A stretch of DNA of 64,000 nucleotides from Macrostomum lignano (Eukaryota), in the NCBI GenBank assembly GCA_002269645.1, contig NIVC01000393.1:186001-250000 (forward strand). Direction: 5' to 3'. The position numbers and the translations under genes were made by a program. The notes under the pieces are model-generated. The model did no database searches, had not been told where the DNA came from, and saw nothing but the letters and a program-made list of their open reading frames with translations. Shown one piece after another: positions 12,301 to 31,537 of this stretch; the stretch's first letter is position 1, and every line of letters begins with the position of its first letter.

Positions 12301-14228
12301 CAAACAAAAAGCAATGTAGGCCCCTATCTGAAGCCTAATAAGAAATATTCTGTTGCTTTAAAAGTTTAATGTTTCTTCAAGTTTTTCCATAGATATCTTT
12401 GTTATAATAGCCTAAAAATAAGGTGTAAGTGCATTTATTCACAAGTATTTTTGTGACTTTCTGCTTATCAAATTTGGTACAGCTTAGCTTAAGCCTACTA
12501 AATAAAAAAACAGGATACCATTCGCTATCTCTTCCAAATAATTGGAATGCTAAATGAATACTGAGGCTATTGAGAATAAATTAAAAAAATTATTTTTGGC
12601 ATATGGCATATTTACTACTATTTTAGAATGGTAGATATGCAGTATGCCAAGAAGAAATCTCTTAATTTATTCTCAAGAGCCTTTAGTATTCTATTACTAA
12701 CCATTTATAGACCATTATATTATAGACCATTTTTAGCATAATAGATTTTTCATTCCCATTTTTGGAAAAGATGGGGAATGGTATCCTGGGGAATAAATTT
12801 GTTAAATTAACTATAAGTTTATAATTGAGTTCCTACTATAATTTTGTTCATAACTTTGGTTTCTATTTTTCCTTTTAAGACATTAAATTTATTATAAAGA
12901 AGAGAATTGGCACTATAAATTATAAACTATAAACTTTTTATAATCTTTTTTGATATTTTTACTGCCAAACCTTGAAGCTCGAATTCATTAGCATTAACCC
13001 TACCCCACACATTAACCCTACCACACACACACTTACCACACCCTACCACCCAACAGCGAGCGCTTCCAACTGCAGCCTCGATCAGCAGATCCGCCACTCG
13101 ATGCCTGCCCAATCTGCCTGGAAGAATCTCCCCGACTTGCTGTGCAAACATCCTGCGGTCATCACTTCTGCGGCCCGTGCTTCCTGACCCTGTGGGATGA
13201 TCGGGTGCTGGCCAGCGTGGCCTGTCCAATGTGCAGGCAGGCTGTGACCATTCTGTTCCCCGTGTTCACAGCTGATGAATTGGGTGCCGCCAATGATCAC
13301 CAGAATGAGGAACAATTCGGTCAGGTGATTGACAGGTTAGTTTTGTAGTTTTTTTTGTATTGTCTTTACTAGTCAAGAGATTCTGTCAATTCCCACACTT
13401 AGTCTGAGTAATTGCAGTAATTAAAATCTGAGTAATTGCCCTAATTACAGTCTGAGTAATTGCCCTAATTACAGTCTGAGTAATTCCCCTAATTACAGTC
13501 TGAATGATTCCCCTAATTACAGTCTGAATGATTCCCTTAATTACAGTCTGAGTAATTCCCCTAATTACAGTCTGAATGATTCCCTTAATTACAGTCTGAG
13601 TAATTCCCCTAATTACAGTCTGAGTAATTCCCCTAATTACAGTCTGGGTAATTCCCCTAATTACAGTCTGAGTAATTCCCCTAATTACAGTCTGGGTAAT
13701 TGCCCTAATTACAGTCTGGGTAATTGCCCTAATTACAGTCTGAGTAATTCCCCTAATTACAGTCTGGGTAATTGCCCTAATTACAGTCTGGGTAATTCCC
13801 CTAATTACAGTCTGAGTAATTCCCCTAATTACAGTCTGAGTAATTCCCTTAATTTCAGTCTTAATAATTCCCCAAATTACCATCCGACTAATCATTGATC
13901 CAACCCCCACAGGGTGAACAGGTTCAACCGCTACAACTCTGGTCGCGGAGTCCCATTGTCGGATTTGCTCCGCGATTTCCCCACTGTGCTGCGGCATTTC
14001 CTGGCCGACCTGTTCAGTCCGGACGGTTTTTCCTTTGTCTACATGGCGCGCATCTCGGTTGTCATGGTGATGTGCCTGGCGTACCTGATTTCGCCGTTGG
14101 ACATTCTGCCCGAGGCAGTGTTTGGCCTGCTGGGCATCCTGGACGATTTGGTTATACTGCTGTTGTGCCTCATTTTTGTCGTGTTCCTGTACCGCGATAT
14201 TGTCAGTCGTAGGGAGTTTCACGCGTGA
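9372..14228 (+). CDS. RNF170: E3 ubiquitin ligase RNF170 (N-terminal TM segment, C3HC4 RING, C-terminal DUF1232-type TM region; about 240 aa, 3 exons)
   Basis: Exons 9372-9499, 13057-13335 and 13913-14228; both junctions are phase 2 and GT-AG. Exon 1 MAIDGLGSEVLLVAIFIVALCILFG resembles RNF170 IEGVSDQVLVAVVV. The RING reads CPICLEE...CGHHFCGPC...CPMCRQ. The C-terminus YLISPLDILPEAVFGLLGILDD matches the RNF170 motif [22 protein letters not shown] recalled from the human protein. Confidence 0.9.
10272..12425. repeat. Two diverged direct copies of a 0.7-0.8 kb AT-rich unit in RNF170 intron 1 (about 10272-10997 and 11628-12425)
   Basis: Long shared stretches such as GATAGGAATCATACATGCGAAACCTTGGGAATCTCCCAGCC and AAAGCCAAAGCTTATATCAAACTTGACCTC occur in both copies. 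Confidence 0.85.
12511..12788. mobile_element. MITE/foldback-like element, about 278 bp, with imperfect long inverted arms
   Basis: Perfect 13-bp terminal inverted repeat CAGGATACCATTC / GAATGGTATCCTG. Internal arms also pair (GAGGCTATTGAGAATAAATT vs AATTTATTCTCAAGAGCC). Related single arms occur at about 3180-3300 and 3305-3420. Confidence 0.55.
13400..13870. repeat. 24-bp minisatellite (CTAATTACAGTCTGAGTAATTCCC) filling RNF170 intron 2
   Basis: About 19 tandem units. Explains the ITQTVIRG repeats of ORF 13386-14252. Confidence 0.95.
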
Positions 14229-14289
14229 CTTCAAGTTCGCTGTGTGACTCATTTGGCTTTGACGACTGACAGCTTAGTGACTCTTGGTT

Positions 14290-15720
14290 CTGACATCCTT
14301 TAGTGACTCCACTTGACCCTGACATCCTTTAGTGACTCCACTTGACCCTGACATCCTTTAGTGACTCCACTTGACCCTGACATCCTTTAGTGACTCCACT
14401 TGACCCTGACATCCTTTAGTGACTCCACTTGACCCTGACATCCTTTAGTGACTCCACTTGACCCTGACATCCTTTAGTGACTCCACTTGACCCTGACATC
14501 CTTTAGTGACTCCACTTGACCCTGACATCCTTTAATGACTCCACTTGACCCTGACATCCTTTAGTGACTCCACTTGACCCTGACATCCTTTAGTGACTCC
14601 ACTTGACCCTGACATCCTTTAGTGACTCCACTTGACCCTGACATCCTTTAGTGACTCCACTTGACCCTGACATCCTTCACCAAATTACCTTATCCCTGAC
14701 ATCCTTCAGTGACTCATCCTAGCCCTGACATCCTTCAGTGACTCCACTTGACCCTGACATCCTTTAGTGACTCCACTTGACCCTGACATCCTTTAGTGAC
14801 TCCACTTGACCCTGACATCCTTCACCAAATCACCTTATCCCTGACATCCTTCAGTGACTCATCCTAGCCCTGACATCCTTCAGTGACTCATCCTAGCCCT
14901 GGCATCCTTCAGTGACTCCACTTGACCCTGACATCCTTCAGTGACTCATCCTAGCCCTGGCATCCTTCAGTGACTCCACTTGACCCTGACATCCTTCACC
15001 AAATTACCTTATCCCTGACATCCTTCAGTGACTCATCCTAGCCCTGACATCCTTCAGTGACTCCACTTGGCCCTGACCCTGACATCCTTCAGTGACATTC
15101 TACCTAGCCCTGACACCCTTCAGTGACTCATAATAGCTCTGACATCCTTCAGTGACTCATCCTAGCCCTGACATCCTTCAGTGACTTATTGTAGCCCAGA
15201 CATCCTTCAGTGACATTCTACCTAGCCCTGACATCCTTCAGTGACATTCTACCTAGCCCTGACATCCTTAAGTGACATTCTACCTAGCCCTGACATCCTT
15301 CAGTGACATTCTACCTAGCCCTGACACCCTTCAGTGACTCATCATAGCTCTGACATCCTTCAGTGACTCATCCTAGCCCTGACATCCTTCAGTGACTTAT
15401 CCTAGCCCAGACATCCTTCAGTGACATTCTATCTAGCCCTGACATCCTTCAGTGACATTCTACCTAGCCCTGACATCCTTCAGTGACTCATCATAGCCCT
15501 GACATCCTTCAGTGACATTCTACCTAACCCTGACACCCTTCAGTGACTCATCATAGCCCTGACATCCTTCAGTGACTCATCCTAGCCCAGACATCCTTCA
15601 GTGACTCATCATAGCCCTGACATCCTTCAGTGACTCATCCTAGCCCAGACATCCTTCAGTGACTCATCCTAGCCCTGACATCCTTCAGTGACTCATAGCT
15701 CTTACACCCTTCAGTGACTT
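14290..15720. repeat. 29-bp minisatellite (GTGACTCCACTTGACCCTGACATCCTTTA and variants) between RNF170 and U2SURP
   Basis: About 1.4 kb array with homogeneous 5' units and diverged 3' variants (CATCCTAG, CTACCTAG). Confidence 0.95.
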
Positions 15721-16198
15721 ATCTTGTCATTAGCATCTTTCGGTGACTTCACCTGGCTCTGTGACATTTTCACCAGTTTTTTTTACAATTAGACCACATG
15801 CCACTGTTTCTTTGACTCTGCTGTGCTGCCCGTACTGATTTCTGTTGTCTTTACTGTAAAAGTTTATTGTGCCACATTGTATCAGTTGTGTACTATTATT
15901 ATATAAATTGAAGAGTAAAATATATTTTCTAAGAATCAATGACTGGTTTTCAACTACGAGTATATTTGTCTTCTTTTTGCAATTGTTTTAGTTAAGGCTA
16001 GTTTATTTTATACAATAGATTCTAGGAATAGTTTTTAATGCTCAATTTTGCCTACTCACCGCAGTAGTATTCATCAGTACAAATTGTAACTTTTTTAACG
16101 GATTCAATAATGTTTTGATTTAAATTGATGATTTGCTAAGTGCAAAGCCCTATTGAAGATTGGTAATATTTTTAATACTCGATATAAAAGCGGCAGTT

Positions 16199-23794
<7,596 letters not shown>

Positions 23795-24049
23795 TGGAGG
23801 AGATGCGGTTAACTACTATTAGTAACCTGTTACGCTTGTCTATGCCGTTAATAAATTAAGCTTTCTACTGCCTGTAATTAACAATACAGTCTGTTCGTGA
23901 AGCGTCGGATGTTCGATTTTCTTTGCTTGTGTAATCTGCGCTTATAACTGGTTGATGATAATGGGGTAATTGTCTTCAAATAGTTCCTTTCTGATTTATA
24001 TATTTTTATACTGACTTAGTGAGTCTCCCAAGCACGCACTGACATACTC

Positions 24050-24870
24050 TACAAACAGCACTGACAGTTTCTCGAAACAGACACTTTCAGTCTAAAAACA
24101 GGCACTGACAGTCTCTTAACTCTGGCACTGACAGTCTCTTAAAACAGGCACTGACAGTCTTAAAACAGGCACTGACAGTCTCTCAAAACAGGCACTGACA
24201 GTCTCTCAAAACAGGCACTGACAGTCTCTTAAAACAGGCACTGACAGTCTCTTAAAACAGGCACTGACAGTCTCTTAAAACAGGCACTGACAGTCTCTCA
24301 AAACAGGCACTGACAGTCTCTTAAAACAGGCACTGACAGTCTCTTAAAACAGGCACTGACAGTCTCTCAACTCTGGCACTGACAGTCTCTCAAAACAGGA
24401 ACTGACAGTCACAAAACAGGCACTGACAGTCTCCCATTACAGACACTGACAGTCTCCCAAAACAGGCACTGACAGTCTCCCAAAGCAGACACTGACAGTC
24501 TCCCAAAACAGGCACTGACAGTCTCCCAAAGCAGACACTGACAGTCTCTCAAAACAGGCACTGACAGTCTCCTAAAACAGACACTGACAGTCACTCAAAA
24601 GGGCACTGACAGTCTCCTAAAACAGGCACTGACAATCTCCCAAAACAGGCACTGACAATCTCCCAAAACAGGCACTGACAGTCTCTTAAGACAGGCGCTG
24701 ACAGTCTTTTAAAACAGGCACTGACAGTCTCAAAACAGTCACTGACAGTCTCAAAACAGGAACTGACAGTCCATCAAAACAGGAACTGACAGTCCATCAA
24801 AACAGGAACTGACAGTGTCTCAAAACAGGCACTGACAGTCTATCAAAACAGGCACTGACAGTCTCCTAAA
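24050..24870. repeat. 22-24 bp minisatellite (CTGACAGTCTCTCAAAACAGGCA) between U2SURP and ASAH1
   Basis: About 35 units. Confidence 0.95.
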
Positions 24871-24997
24871 ACACTCGCAATCCCCCCAAAGCGTTAGTCA
24901 GTTTTAGATTCAGCAAAAGATTAGCAAATCATGTTACTGAAAGTAGAGCAAATAAAATATTAAATTCAACCCATTGCAGCCAACTCTTTCTACTGCC

Positions 24998-27240
24998 ATG
25001 CGCCTCCTCGTCCTGTCGCTGTTCTGCCTGTCCCTGGCCGCGCCTCGCTTGGCCCAGCCGCCGCCGCCGACGGCTCAGTGTGTGGCCGACGCCTACCCGC
25101 CCCCGCCGGACACTCTCGTGCCAACCGCTCGCGTCAATCTGGACGAACCGCCGGCCACCCGATGGCGCCAGGTTGTGGCGCCGCGCGCCGCCGGAATGCG
25201 CGCCCTGTTGGGCCAATTCCGGCAGTTCCTGTTCAACCTGACCGGCTCCGACTCGCTCATGAACATCGTCGACAAGGAGATGGTGCCGCTGTCCCAGACT
25301 CTGCCTGAACCGTTTCGCAGTGAGCTGGCCGGCGTGTCGGCCCTGTCCAACCTCAGCCTGGGCGAGGTCACCCTGTTCAATGTCTTCTACGAGCTGTTCC
25401 CGCTGTGCACCTCCATTCTGGCCGAGGACTCCAGCGGCCGGCTGTTCCACGCCAGGAACATGGACTTCGGGCTGTTTCTGGGCTGGAATGTCACCAACAG
25501 CTCTTGGATTATTGCCGATTATTTGAGGCCGCTGCTGATCAATGTGGAGTTCTATAGGGGTGGCCGACTGGTGAGCATCAGTGTCCTGTGGCGTGTGATT
25601 TTGGGTGATTATGTAAACTGCTTCCCAAGTCCTCAGTAGCTGGGCCAGCCTCTCAGATCCCCAGTTGCTGTGCCAGCCTCCCAGATCCTCAGTTGCTGGG
25701 CCAGCCTCCCAGATCCTCAGTAGCTGGGCCAGCCTCCCAGATCCTCAGTAGCTGGGCCAGCCTCTCAGATCCCCAGTTTGCTGGGCCAGCCTCTCAGATC
25801 CCCAGTTTGCTATGCAAGCCTCCCAGATCCTCAGTTGCTGGGCCAGCCTCTCAGATCCCCAGTTTGCTATGCAAGCCTCCCAGATCCTCAGTTGCTGGGC
25901 CAGCCTCCCAGATCCTCAGTTGCTGGGCCAGCCTCCCAGATCCTCAGTTGCTAGGCCAGCCTCCCAGATCCTCAGTTGCTGGCCCAGCCTCCCAGATCCT
26001 CAGTTGCTGGGCCAGCCTCCCAGAGTGTCAGTTGCTGGGCCAGCCTCCCAGATCCTCAGTTGCTGGGCCACCAGCCTCCCAGATCCTCAGCTGCTGGGCC
26101 AGCCTCCCAGATCCTCAGTAGCTGGGCCAGCCTCTCAGATCCCCAGTTTGCTATGCAAGCCTCCCAGATCCTCAGTTGCTGGGCCAGCCTCCTAGATCCT
26201 CAGTTGCTGGGCCAGCCTCCCAGATCCTCAGTTGCTGGGCCAGCCTCCCAGATCCTCAGTTGCTAGGCCAGCCTCCCAGATCCTCAGTTGCTGGCCCAGC
26301 CTCCCAGATCCTCAGTTGCTGGGCCAGCCTCCCAGATCCTCAGTTGCTAGGCCAGCCTCCCAGATCCTCAGTTGCTGGCCCAGCCTCCCAGATCCTCAGT
26401 TGCTGGGCCAGCCTCCCAGAGTGTCAGTTGCTGGGCCAGCCTCCCAGAGTGTCAGTTGCTGGGCCAGCCTCCCAGATCCTCAGTTGCTGGGCCACCAGCC
26501 TCCCAGATCCTCAGTTGCTGGGCCAGCCTCCCAGAGTGTCAGTTGCTGGGCCAGCCTCCCAGATCCTCAGTTGCTGGGCCAGCCTCCCAGATTAATTATC
26601 TTCGCTGTCTATCCCCCCCCTCACCGAGCAGGTGTTTCTCTCCAGCCACTACGCCGGCTACATCGGGGTGCTTACCGGGCTCCGGCCGCACCAGTTCAGC
26701 CTGTCCGTGAACAGCCGCGTCAGCGCCAAGACCCAGAGCCTGGCCGGAGTTGTTGAGTGGTTGCTAGGCATCAGGGATCAGTACTGGCTAGGCGTTGCCA
26801 CTCGAGCTGTGCTAGAGAACGCCACCGACTATGGCCAGGCCAAGCAGCGCCTCGCCAACTGGAAGTTGATCGCTCCGGTTTACTTCATCCTTGGCGGCGC
26901 CAAACACCTGGAAGGCTGCGTGATCACCCGCGACCGAGCGGCCGGCGCCGCGGACATCTGGGAGCGGGCCGCGGCTGGCAACCACAGCTGGTACCTGCTG
27001 CAGACCAACTATGATCACTGGAAATCTCCCAATCCCATTGACAACAGGCGAGGTCCCGGCAATGCCTGCATGGCTAAGAAGGGCCAAGATGAAGCTGCCA
27101 GCTTCTCGGGTTTGTTCAACGTCCTGAGTTCGATTCCTGTACTGAACAAGCTGACGGTGTACACGGCGCTGATGCGAGTGGACGATGCCACCCTGGTGGC
27201 GTACAGGCGTCAGTGCCCTGACCCCTGCGCACCTTGGTGA
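24998..27240 (+). CDS. ASAH1: Acid ceramidase (N-acylsphingosine amidohydrolase), copy A (about 393 aa, 2 exons)
   Basis: Exons 24998-25570 and 26632-27240 (phase 0, GT-AG). Signal peptide MRLLVLSLFCLSLA. Ntn-hydrolase autocleavage/catalytic Cys in YELFPL-CTSILAED...RNMDFGLFLGWN. Further motifs YAGYIGVLTG, LIAPVYFILGG, LLQTNYDHW, DNRRGP, FNVLSSIPVLNKLTVYTALM and a C-terminal CPDPCAPW as in ASAH1 rather than NAAA. Confidence 0.95.
25630..26592. repeat. 28-bp minisatellite (CCAGCCTCCCAGATCCTCAGTTGCTGGG) filling the single ASAH1 intron
   Basis: About 34 units with interspersed variants. The GQPPRSSVA ORFs are artefacts. Confidence 0.95.
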
Positions 27241-27534
27241 CTGACGGACATGACTGTTTTATGATTTTTGAGTCTTTCTCTAATTGGTTCTGATTCTGCC
27301 ATAAAATTTATTAGTCAGGTGTTCCTTATGATTTGACTTGTGATTTAAACCTAATTTTAATTGCTCAAATTTTATATTTTACTATTGCAAGTAAATCAAG
27401 TTACAGAAATTTGGTGTTTTTCACATTTAAAATACAAAATCTTTCAAATTTACTTAATTTTTTTATTTTTTAACCTGATCTATAATTACTTTGAAAATGG
27501 AAACTTATTTTTGTCTTGATTTTCTTTTTAAAGT

Positions 27535-27727
27535 TACATAGAGATAGATAGACAGATAGATAGATAGACAGACAGAAAGATAGGTAGATAGATAGATAGA
27601 TAGATAGGTAGATAGATAGATAGACAGACAGATAGATAGATAGACAGATAGATAGATAGATAGACAGACAGATAGATGGGTACATAGATAGATAGATAGA
27701 TAGATATAGATAAATAGATAGACAGAC

Positions 27728-27792
<65 letters not shown>

Positions 27793-27868
27793 CTCGTAGA
27801 TAAATAGACAGACAGATAGATAGGTAGATAGATAGGTAGATAGATAGACAGACAGATAGATAGATAGG

Positions 27869-27930
<62 letters not shown>

Positions 27931-27982
27931 TAGATAAATAGATAGACAGACAGATAGATAGGTAGATAGACAGATAGATAGG

Positions 27983-28038
<56 letters not shown>

Positions 28039-28059
28039 CAGATAGATAGATAGACAGAC

Positions 28060-28094
<35 letters not shown>

Positions 28095-28098
28095 TAGA

Positions 28099-28174
<76 letters not shown>

Positions 28175-28242
28175 TAGATAGATAGACAGACAGATAGATA
28201 GGTAGATAGACAGATAGATAGGTAGATAGATAGGTAGATAGA

Positions 28243-28284
<42 letters not shown>

Positions 28285-28288
28285 TAGA

Positions 28289-28320
<32 letters not shown>

Positions 28321-28385
28321 TAGATAGACAGACAGACAGATAGATAGATAGATAGATAGATAGACAGATAGATAGATAGACAGAC

Positions 28386-28434
<49 letters not shown>

Positions 28435-28455
28435 AATAGATAGGTAGATAGATAT
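27535..28455. repeat. (GATA/GACA)n microsatellite
   Basis: Direct reading. Confidence 0.97.
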
Positions 28456-28879
28456 GGTGTATATTGTATTGTAGATAGATGAGTCATATGGTCACCAGAT
28501 CATTCAGACCTATTTGTAAATTATAGATAAACGAGTATTTAAGCTACCGTTTAGCTTACGGTAGTTAAGCAGATGTCAATTCAAGAATCCAGTGCGTGCA
28601 ATAAAGTACATTTGAACTCTAGCAATCTGGCATGCAGATCGCATCACATTCGATTGTTCAGTTGATTGCGAGCGGCATCCTCTGATCCGAGAGGGTTCCA
28701 ATGTCGCGCACCACCCCAACTTGACGGAGGCAAGTTGAGAAAGCCGAAAAATCCAAAATGTCACCGCATTTATTGCCCCAATCGGTTGGGCGCTTCCTAT
28801 CGCGCAGCGAGACAGTTGGGGGCTCGTAACTGATTCATAAAATATATACAATGTAGGTTACCATAACATCCCATGTATG

Positions 28880-29420
28880 ATTGGGTAGACTGGATAGATT
28901 AGATAGACTGCTTAGACCGGATAAACTGTAGTTGGGTAGACCATTGGTAGATTGGGTAGACTGGGTTGATTGGGTAAACTGGGTAGATTGGGTAGACTGG
29001 GTAGACGGGATAGATTTGGTAGATTGGGTAGACTGGGTAGACTGGGTTGACTGGGTAGACTGTGTAGTTGGTTATAGACTGGGTAGATTGGGTAGACTGG
29101 GTAGATTGGGTAGACTGGGTAGATTGGGTAAACTGGGTAGATTGGGTAGACTGGGTAGACGGGATAGATTTGGTAGAATGGGTAGATTTGGTAGACTGGG
29201 TAGACTGGGTTGGCTGGGTAGACTGTGTAGTTGGTTATAGACTGGGTAGACTGGGTAGATTGGGTAGAATGTGTAGATTGGGTAGATTGGGTAGACTGGG
29301 TAGACTGGGTAGATTTGGTAGAATGGGTAGATTGGGTAGATTGGGTAGACTGGGTAGACTGGATAGACTTGGGTAGACTGGGTTGGCTGGGTAGACTGGG
29401 TAGATTGGTTAGACTATCTA
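28880..29420. repeat. 9-bp minisatellite (TGGGTAGAY)
   Basis: Direct reading. The DWVDWV and LGRLGR ORFs are artefacts. Confidence 0.95.
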
Positions 29421-29979
29421 GAAAAGTTCGAACATGTCAACCCTATATTTATTATTATGTTGACTGTCTTCGACGATGTGAAAATTCTTTGAATTACAGC
29501 AGTAAGCGCGGATTGAACATGTAACAGCATCTAACAATCTAATTGTAGTAGATTGTGTAGACAGTCAGCCAGTCAGTCAGATTAAAGGTCAAATGCGATA
29601 CATGTATAGAGTCAGTCTGTCTTGTAGTTTTTCTAATATGAACAAACAAAGCATCTTGATGTACTTTGTATCACTACATGTAGTTGATAAATCGGCATAT
29701 AGTCTGCCATTTGCAATGTGCACTGGCCCAGCTTCACTTCCTAATTCTTCGTGGAGATGAAGCTCTGAGGCTATCAGCTGCAGAAATCTTACCTGCACTT
29801 ATAAATTGGATTGCTGTGTTAAAAAAAGTTTTCGAAGTGGAAAAGAATACGATTCATCTGGGGTCTCCGGCAGGATTACCCGTTCTGTCAAGGACAACTA
29901 CCAATACTAGAATTCGGATTGGAAACACTTCAAATTAGGAGCGACCCGGGTGCTTGTGCCCCCTCAAATGAAAGTGCAT

Positions 29980-30665
29980 GGCGCCCCTCAGATGAAGTTG
30001 CGCCGTCCCAGATGAAGTGGCGCCCTCTCAGATAAAAATGGCGCCGTCTCAGATAAAAATGGCCCCGTCTCAGATAAAAATGGCGCCGTCTCAGATGAAA
30101 ACGGCGCCGTCTCAGATAAAAATGGCGCCGTCTCAGATGAAAATGGCGCCGTCTCAGATGAAAATGGCGCCGTCTCAGATGAAAATGGCGCCGTCTCAAA
30201 TAAAAATGGCGCCGCCTCAGATGAAAATGGCGCCGTCTCAGATAAAAATGGCGCCGTCTCAGATAAAAATGGCGCCGTCTCAGATGAAGTGGCGCCTTCT
30301 CAGATAAAGTGGCGCTCTATTCAAAGGAAGTGGCGTCCCCTCAGATGATAAAAATGGCGCCGTCTCAGATATAAATGGCGCCGTCTCAGATGAAAATGGT
30401 GCCGCCTCAGATGAAAATGGCGCCGCCACAGATGAAAATAGCGCCGCCTCAGATGATGTTGCGCCGTCTCAAATAAAAATGGCGCCGTCTCAGATAAAAA
30501 TGGCGCCGTCTCAGATGAAAATGGCGCCGTCTCAAATAAAAATGGCGCCGTCTCAGATAAAAATGGCGCCGTCTCAGATGAAAATGGCGCCGTCTCAGAT
30601 AAAAAGGGCGCCGTCTCAGATGAAAATGGCGCTGCCTCAGATGAAAATGGCGCCGTCTCAGATGA
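29980..30665. repeat. 21-bp minisatellite (ATGGCGCCGTCTCAGATAAAA)
   Basis: The MAPSQIK repeats in the ORF track are translations of this array. Confidence 0.95.
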
Positions 30666-31537
30666 ATCCTTCAAATGAAGACCCCTGACTATACTCGTAT
30701 TAACACCTGCTGTTTAAAGTTACCATTATTTAAGCATAAGTTAGTTAGATAATTAAATCTCCTCTCAAGTTGGCCAACATAGAGCTCGTTGAGTTGACTG
30801 TTTAATTGTTTTTTTCAACCAGTTTCCAAATCCAGGCTCCTGCAGGATGCTGCTATGCGTCAGACATTCGGGGAAGCTGCGACCGCATGCAGCTGGTATC
30901 GTTATTTTTTCCCAACCCTGCCGTCCACCACCACTTTTGCCTCTCCCCAGCCTCCCCTCTCTCTCAGCTGCCCCACTTCCCGAAGTTCTCTACTGACCTC
31001 TCGACTGCGGCGTCAGCCTTACCGTCCCTCTCTCTCTCTCTCTGTCTTCATCCTTCCGATTCTGCAGCGCAAGCAATCGAAAGCAGCCGTGTTACCTTTT
31101 GTATATTGCACCTTGATTGGTTGGCCCCTCCGTCTTGTGTCAGCCCTACCAGCAGGCTGTATGCAACAAGTAATCTTCTTCTAGGAGGACTGTCCAGCAG
31201 GCTTATCCCCCCTCCCCCCGGGGGGAAAGGCTGTCTCCGCCGGTTTCGGGGTAGCCAAAAATGGAACCTGCGGAGCGCCACCGCATTCTGTCGCGAAGCC
31301 AAAAACTTTCTCTGATTCGTCACCGCCGCTTTTCTGCTTCTAGTAGCAGAAACTTCTGTACCGATTGCTTGCGCCCTCTCAGATCTGTATCATATCTGAA
31401 ATCCAAAGACTGCAGTACTTGAGTCTGCCGACCGCTTGGAGACAGAGAAGCCACCCTGAGCTGGTCTTGGTGGGTATCCGTGAGTGAAATTCTATGCAAC
31501 ATTGGCAAAATTATTGAACAAAAGTTTTCTTTGTACT

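Noticed and set aside
14290-15720. Regular 29-bp repeats as a possible CRISPR array (likewise the other 20-52 bp arrays)
   Set aside because: Head-to-tail repeats without unique spacers, in a eukaryotic intron/exon context, with no cas genes.
16045-16085. CTGATGA on the minus strand followed by a small stem, resembling a hammerhead ribozyme core
   Set aside because: The required GAAA after stem II is absent (reads GCAAAA). Other CTGATGA sites also lack it.
29589-29940. Short ORFs on both strands before the 21-bp satellite
   Set aside because: No recognisable homology, and indels between the two duplicate copies disrupt the frames.
30017-30688. MAPSQIK repeat proteins (also 61573-61821)
   Set aside because: A 21-bp satellite whose unit order and number differ between copies, with no splice or start context.
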